From assembly GCA_020137815.1 (NCBI GenBank), contig CM035355.1:2790001-2854000 (forward strand): a DNA stretch of 64,000 bases, in the 5' to 3' direction. How positions within the stretch are numbered: position 1 is the first letter of the stretch; each line of letters starts with the position of its first letter. A program made the position numbers and the translations under genes. Under the pieces are notes generated by a model. That model was not told where the DNA came from. It saw nothing but the letters and a program-made list of their open reading frames with translations, and made no database searches. Of this stretch, positions 51,608-64,000 are shown in pieces. This stretch comes from Hormiphora californensis (lineage: Eukaryota > Animalia > Ctenophora).

Positions 51608-52026
51608 AACAATAAATGTCCATGTGATAATATCACATGATATCACAGTGATATCATTTTGTAGCACTCGGGTTATACGCAGTGCTACCTGCTTTGTCTT
51701 GTTCTGTAGGGTATTATGATTAGACTGTGGCAAATATCTTTTGTGAGGTCTAGGTTGACTTTCAGGCGACAACACAAGAGTTATAGAGCTTAGTGTGTGG
51801 TAGTATGTTCTCATTTCTGTATTCTTTCCTTCTCTGGTATTCTGTAATCCATTCCAATGTTTTGTTTGTCCCTTGTTAACTCCCTTCCTCTTGTTTTCAG
51901 CAAGGGAAGTTCCAGGTCATGTCGGACCAGATTATTGGCCGAATTGACGAGATGGGAACCCGACTTGATGAACTGGAGAGGAATGTTGGGGAGCTCATGC
52001 AGCAGAGTGGCATCGAGGATTCTTAG
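51240..52026 (+). CDS. HSBP1: Heat shock factor-binding protein 1, two exons (missed by the ORF track)
   Basis: Exons 51240-51323 and 51901-52026: [69 protein letters not shown]. Confidence 0.93.
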
Positions 52027-52462
52027 AACATGATTATCTTGTTGGGAGAGAGACTTTTCAGATTTGGGAGTATATTTAGTGGAACACACGAGTAAAAAAG
52101 GGGATCAGACTTATGTCAGACAAGTAGATGTGTTTTATTGGACGTGTGCGAGTTACATTTTGTGTGGGAAGAGAGTAGTACTAGTATTTGTGTGAAGAGT
52201 GGGAAGAGATTATTGACACATCATATCTTGTACAGTGCTATAAGTTGTATACAGTTTACCTATTTACTAAAGTGAGTCGTAGTTCCCAGTCCGTCATTGT
52301 CCAATCCCCCTAGATGTAATCCATTGTCCAATCCCCTTAGATCATAGATGTAACCCATTTTTAATTTCCCTTATTCCTTAGATGTAACCCATTTTGCATC
52401 ACATTTCAACTCCTTTCCTAATTCCTTTCTAACTAATCCCAACACTTCTTCTAGCCAGCACC

Positions 52463-53277
52463 ATGGATATGATATTAGTAAAATCTAAATCTGGTATGAG
52501 GATGGTGGATAGGAATGGTCAGAAGAACTTCCTAGACGCCGATGAACCCGCCTGGGCCATGGACTCCCTATTTCGGGCATGCCCAGCCTGTAATGTCTCT
52601 TTTGATATGTTCACACGGAAACACCACTGTAGGAGATGCGGTGGAATCTTCTGTGGGAAATGCGTCACTGAACGAGTGATACCGCGGAGGTTACGATTTA
52701 TTGATCCTGTCAAGATGTGCAGTAAGTGTCAGAAGATTAGTCGGTGGGAGAACGATTATTTTGATAATTACCAGCCCAAGATGAGAAAGGGGGAGGAGGT
52801 GGAGGTTGAGGGCGGGGAGGGGAGGAAGAGAGGTGTTGTTGGGATACCTGGTGATGGGGCCATCCTCAATATCTCATATCCTGAGGGCCCTGCCATACCA
52901 ATCTTATTGGATGAGGTACGTTGTTGTTGATAGGGAAGGGGGTTTGTATGTTGTTCTTCTCTGTTGCTTTTTTTCAATATTTCCATATAATACTGTGAAA
53001 GCCCCATTGTGAGCCAAACTAATCTGCTCATAAATACAAAAACACCCCAGCCCTAATACCACCTTCATTCCAGGTGACCAGCTTTGCAGTAACAGCAGAA
53101 GGGCCAGATGGAACACACGCCATATCTCTCGACGTGTTTGGGGGCCGTTCTCTAGTCCTCCACAAAACAGAAAACCCAGAGTCTGTAAAACTGCTATCCG
53201 GGTTAAGAAAGGTGCTCAGGATGTCTGCAAAACCAAGTCACCAACGGGCCGGACCCACTGGTAATGATGCCAGTTAG
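52463..53277 (+). CDS. ZFYVE21: FYVE zinc-finger protein ZFYVE21 homologue, two coding exons
   Basis: N-terminal LVKSKSGMRMV, FYVE motifs WAMD..C..C..F..RKHHCRRCG, and LRFIDPVKMC. Intron at about 52916-53073. Confidence 0.88.
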
Positions 53278-53773
53278 TGGGAGATAATGGTACTAATCAG
53301 TGTACTGATTAATGTGTAACAGCTCGGGCCGGGACTTTTGAGAAGTAACAGCGCCTAAAAGGACTATAAGGGACTTGAGAAATGTTAAACAGACAATTAA
53401 AATTGACCCCTCGATTTATTGACGTGATCACTCACCCGTTTCACCTTCTAAATGTTATTTTGTGACGAATGAGAAAAGCAATGTTTAAAATTTATCACAT
53501 TCATCTTTCTGTTGTTGATTTTGTAGTTAAAATTTGTTTTTAGTACCAAGTTACTTGTGTTACTAGTCGGGACCAATATGTCAGTGTGCGGCCGAATGCG
53601 GGTAATATTGTTACTTGGAAAGAACATAATCTCACTCTTTTTGTTGACTTATTGGTCCCCTACCATCAACCATGTCTCCACTTCTCGATTTGCTGCAGTA
53701 ATTTATCCAACTACTAACTTTGTCCCGCCCCAGGAAATGTCTAGAAAAGGGAGGCTAAAATGACGCCCCAAAA

Positions 53774-54847
53774 ATGGATAACAAATCAGAATTAGAGGAG
53801 AAACCAGGGCCCAGCAGGGAACAAGTCAGTAATAGTGGGGATCGTGTAGAAAGTGAAGAACAGAGTGAGGATCCCGAAGTAAAAAGTGAGGAACCAACAC
53901 CGGAGCTAGATAACTATTATAACATTAGTGGTGATGCAGAGGATGTCAGAGAAGAGGGAGGTGAATTTGAGCCACCGGGGGAAGGATTAGAAAGAAGGGA
54001 AGCTGAAGAAGATATGGTAGTAGACGAAGAAGACGAAGCAACTCAAGAGCCAGAGGAAGATTCCTCTTCATTCTCAACTACCTCTGATTCGACAGCAAAC
54101 CATCTATCTCTGGAGACTATTCTCCGCTATCCCGGTCATTCACAGTTTACATCCACTCTCACATCCCTCTCGTCAGGAGAGGTAGAACATTCTCCAGCAA
54201 TCAACAAATCCCTTCTTGCCACACTCGCCACCAATAAGAACATTGAAACTAAACGTCACATTTATGAAGTGTTTTTGAGCCTCGCTAAGGCTGAAGAATC
54301 TAATCTGGACAATTTTAAAGTGTACCTGAAACCGGGTCTGCAGATATTTTATTCGGACCTTATGGGACACCTTTACCGGCCCCGACTATCACCTACCGAT
54401 CTCACACCCCTTCTTGAGTTAGTGCGACTTTTTCTGCACCACCCTGTACAGTATGTAGCGGGGTACAACATCAGGTGTGTGCCCCTTCTTTTCTCTCGTG
54501 TAGCGTGCTACGCTGCCAGTGACAGTATGAGTGTTACTATTATCAATTGTCTAGAATTATTGCACGACATGGCTGCATGTTACATGCTACTTGACTATCA
54601 GTGGAATGTGGTGTGTATGGCATTAGTGCACATTCTACACGCACACTCAACATCCCAGAGGGTGATTGTGAAGTGTTTTAAGTTGATCGGGGTGGGGTTG
54701 GAGAGGTGTGGGTTGATTCTGGGAGGGGAGCTGGTTAGGGCACTAAAGGGTGTTAGAGAGAGATGGGGAGAGGAAGAGATTAGAGTTATTGCGGGAGAGT
54801 TGGGGGAACTAATTGGGGAGGTACACAGAAGGACTGTTAGAACTTAA
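53774..54847 (+). CDS. Uncharacterised 357-aa protein; acidic disordered N-terminus and helical (ARM/HEAT-like) C-terminus
   Basis: Long non-repetitive single-exon ORF, preceded by a TACTAAC branch site and a CAG acceptor at 53733. Confidence 0.7.
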   Translation: MDNKSELEEKPGPSREQVSNSGDRVESEEQSEDPEVKSEEPTPELDNYYNISGDAEDVREEGGEFEPPGEGLERREAEEDMVVDEEDEATQEPEEDSSSFSTTSDSTANHLSLETILRYPGHSQFTSTLTSLSSGEVEHSPAINKSLLATLATNKNIETKRHIYEVFLSLAKAEESNLDNFKVYLKPGLQIFYSDLMGHLYRPRLSPTDLTPLLELVRLFLHHPVQYVAGYNIRCVPLLFSRVACYAASDSMSVTIINCLELLHDMAACYMLLDYQWNVVCMALVHILHAHSTSQRVIVKCFKLIGVGLERCGLILGGELVRALKGVRERWGEEEIRVIAGELGELIGEVHRRTVRT

Positions 54848-54913
54848 GTTTATACATGATAATATGTAAACACAGGATAAGTATCGGATAATTGTTTATG
54901 AGCCGCATGATAA

Positions 54914-55043
54914 TAGTTTGTTGGGATGATATCTCCTTCCGGCTTGATGAATCAGGGACAAAATGAAATGAATAATAAAACACCGTAATTTCATTTTGTC
55001 CCTGATTGATCAAGCCGGAAGGAGATATCATCCCAACAAACTA
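54914..55043. repeat. 56-bp inverted repeat with an 18-nt loop containing AATAAA
   Basis: TAGTTTGTTGGGATGATATCTCCTTCCGGCTTGAT... and its reverse complement, with one mismatch seen. Confidence 0.85.
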
Positions 55044-57064
55044 ATTTGTAAACATATCTGGGTTTTTTAAAGAATTTCGTGTTTCTGTTTATTTCATTGT
55101 GTCTACTGTTGAGTTCTCATTTACATTTCGGATTCATAAACCCTCGTGTTTTACATATGATCTCCCTTCTCTGAATTTGGAATATAGTAGGCACTTAGGC
55201 CTTAGCAACGGACATGTATTTTCACAAGCTATGACCGTTAGAAATTGATCTTGGAGTTCAGGCTGTATTTATCCATGGAAGTTTAAAGTTAAAGGTACGC
55301 GCGGTGTGTTGCTTGTGATGAAAGTAGATGTGGTGAGCATAATGTTTGTGCGCGGCGTGGGAACATTTCAACCGTAGATCCACTCACGTCTTACACTGTT
55401 ACAGCACATATCCGGGTGCGAGCTCGATCTCATCACGCACAGGTGCCTATTTCATCAAGTATCCAGGTCATCCTCCGGGAAGATATTTGTAGCTCTGTCA
55501 TACCGCATTTTATTTCACAATGTGAGGGTTCGTTAGATTAAATCAAAGAGACGGGGAGTTAGCTGATTAAACTCAAATCAAATGACATTTACATAGCAAA
55601 GTATTGTGTACTATAACATGTCACTATAACTGGAAACACGTTCGCATCACACACACAGTCACACATTCACACACACGCACAGTCACACACAAAGAAAGAA
55701 AAATAGTCACAAAACTTGCACGACATGAAATATGAACAAATCGCTCTAAGAATTTAATTACACCACGTAGTCATCACTACCACGTCATCACTTCGTTAAA
55801 CCACAAATTTCTAAAAACTGAAACCTCATTTTTTGTACAACTACATTATACATCCAACTCCAAAATACATCTTTTGACTCAAGTTACTTATAGTTGTACT
55901 TGTAGTAGTAAATGTAAAACCGAAAGTAAACACAGCAATTACACTGCGAAGGATAAAGGAAGTAAAAGAGGTGCATAATTTCTCTCTTTCTTTGTATCTC
56001 TCTATCTTTTCATCTTTCACTCAAGATGTGATATAGTGAAAATAGCGTCTATTATATAGCTCGTATATCCCTTCCACGTCACACTGCTTGGTTGGTTATA
56101 TATTTTGTATATAACTCGAAATAAAGAATAGAGTATATTGTTTTTGTGAGTATTATATGTAGAGTACTAAAAAGGGGCAGATTGAGTTTTTTTTGCTAGT
56201 TTTGACCTCCAGCCGTAGGGTGATCTCCGAACCTGAAATAATTTGAGAGATTTAAAAAGTGGTGGGAGAATTGGAACTAATTTAAATTAACGGGATTGTA
56301 TTGGGTGTGATAAATTAAATCAAGAATTAGAATTTTAATGGGGAAGGATCTAATATATATCTGTGTTACTGCAGCTTCATTCTTATCAATGCTATAGAGG
56401 CAGTCAAACTCTAAAAAAGTCAAAAAGATTATTCAAATCTGCCCAAATTTCTTTGAATTGTTAAAGAAAGAAAAATGATGCAGGATGTCTTGTTCTCGGG
56501 GATATCAATAGAAGAAATTTGCTTTTCAAGCTTTACCGTTTTACAGTTACAAGAGTTTTAATGGCCCGACTAAATGAAAAGCGCTGTCTTGGCTGTTCTT
56601 CAGTCAGCAAAAAGTCAACTGCTGTCTCAGGTATCCCCTGAGGCCTGATGAAAATTATTTACTAAAACACAAGGATTGTTTCTATTCGGTATTTAAAGAA
56701 TTGAGTCCTGCCCTTATGTTACTTGTCCAATGATTATCATTGTCGCCCCAGTCCTAGAAATAGTGCGGACGTGACATTTTAGAATGAAGGACCACATTTA
56801 TAAATTACAAATATGATAAGATATCCCGGAAGTGGACTTGGATGTTATCACTCCTGTGAGGTGTGGCCGTGTTTATTGTACATTCACCGCGCCGGTTACA
56901 ACATCATTCAGCTGGTGTGTGAAATGTGATATGTCTGTGGCAACAGAAACACATTCCGGAGGTAGCCATGGTAACACTGACACAACACTTTAAGGTAACC
57001 ATGGTAACACTGACACAACACATGAAGGTAACCATGGTAACCATAGGATCATGTTATCTCACCA

Positions 57065-63944
<6,880 letters not shown>

Positions 63945-64000
63945 CTGAATGGAGGGGGGGGGGTAATTAATTGGAAGGATTAACAGAATTAATAGAAGAA

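Noticed and set aside
56236-56247. AAATAATTTGAG, resembling the 3' end of a ctenophore spliced leader as I recall it
   Set aside because: Only 12 nt, not followed by a GT donor, and it overlaps a minus-strand splice acceptor tract.

Overview
This is intron-rich animal genomic DNA, not prokaryotic. It is probably a ctenophore: the dispersed repeat at 32365/61930 resembles a Pleurobrachia repeat as I remember it, which is unverified. Recognisable spliced genes are RBBP6 (5' partial), UPF0193/EVG1, a PP2C-like CG9801-family gene, RPGR (with an intronic tRNA-Ala and an upstream RFX X-box), a Polycomb-like (PCL) gene, a tight co-oriented cluster of EEF2KMT, HSBP1, ZFYVE21 and an orphan ORF, and a conventional protein kinase C (5' partial). 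I also predict a small orphan membrane or secreted protein gene and several decayed genes. The rest is dense in mobile DNA: a 5'-truncated L2/CR1-group LINE, TA-flanked MITEs, a Helitron-like element, a three-level transposon nest, a two-copy foldback family with poly-G ends and 6-bp target-site duplications (TSDs), and a tRNA-headed element forming a 119-bp inverted repeat. The most striking observation is that the Polycomb-like protein appears to carry an extra forkhead-like winged-helix domain between its two PHD fingers, together with a degraded Tudor cage and a shortened CpG-binding wing. Several small frameshifts in conserved genes suggest assembly errors. All exon structures and family assignments were made by eye, without database searches.
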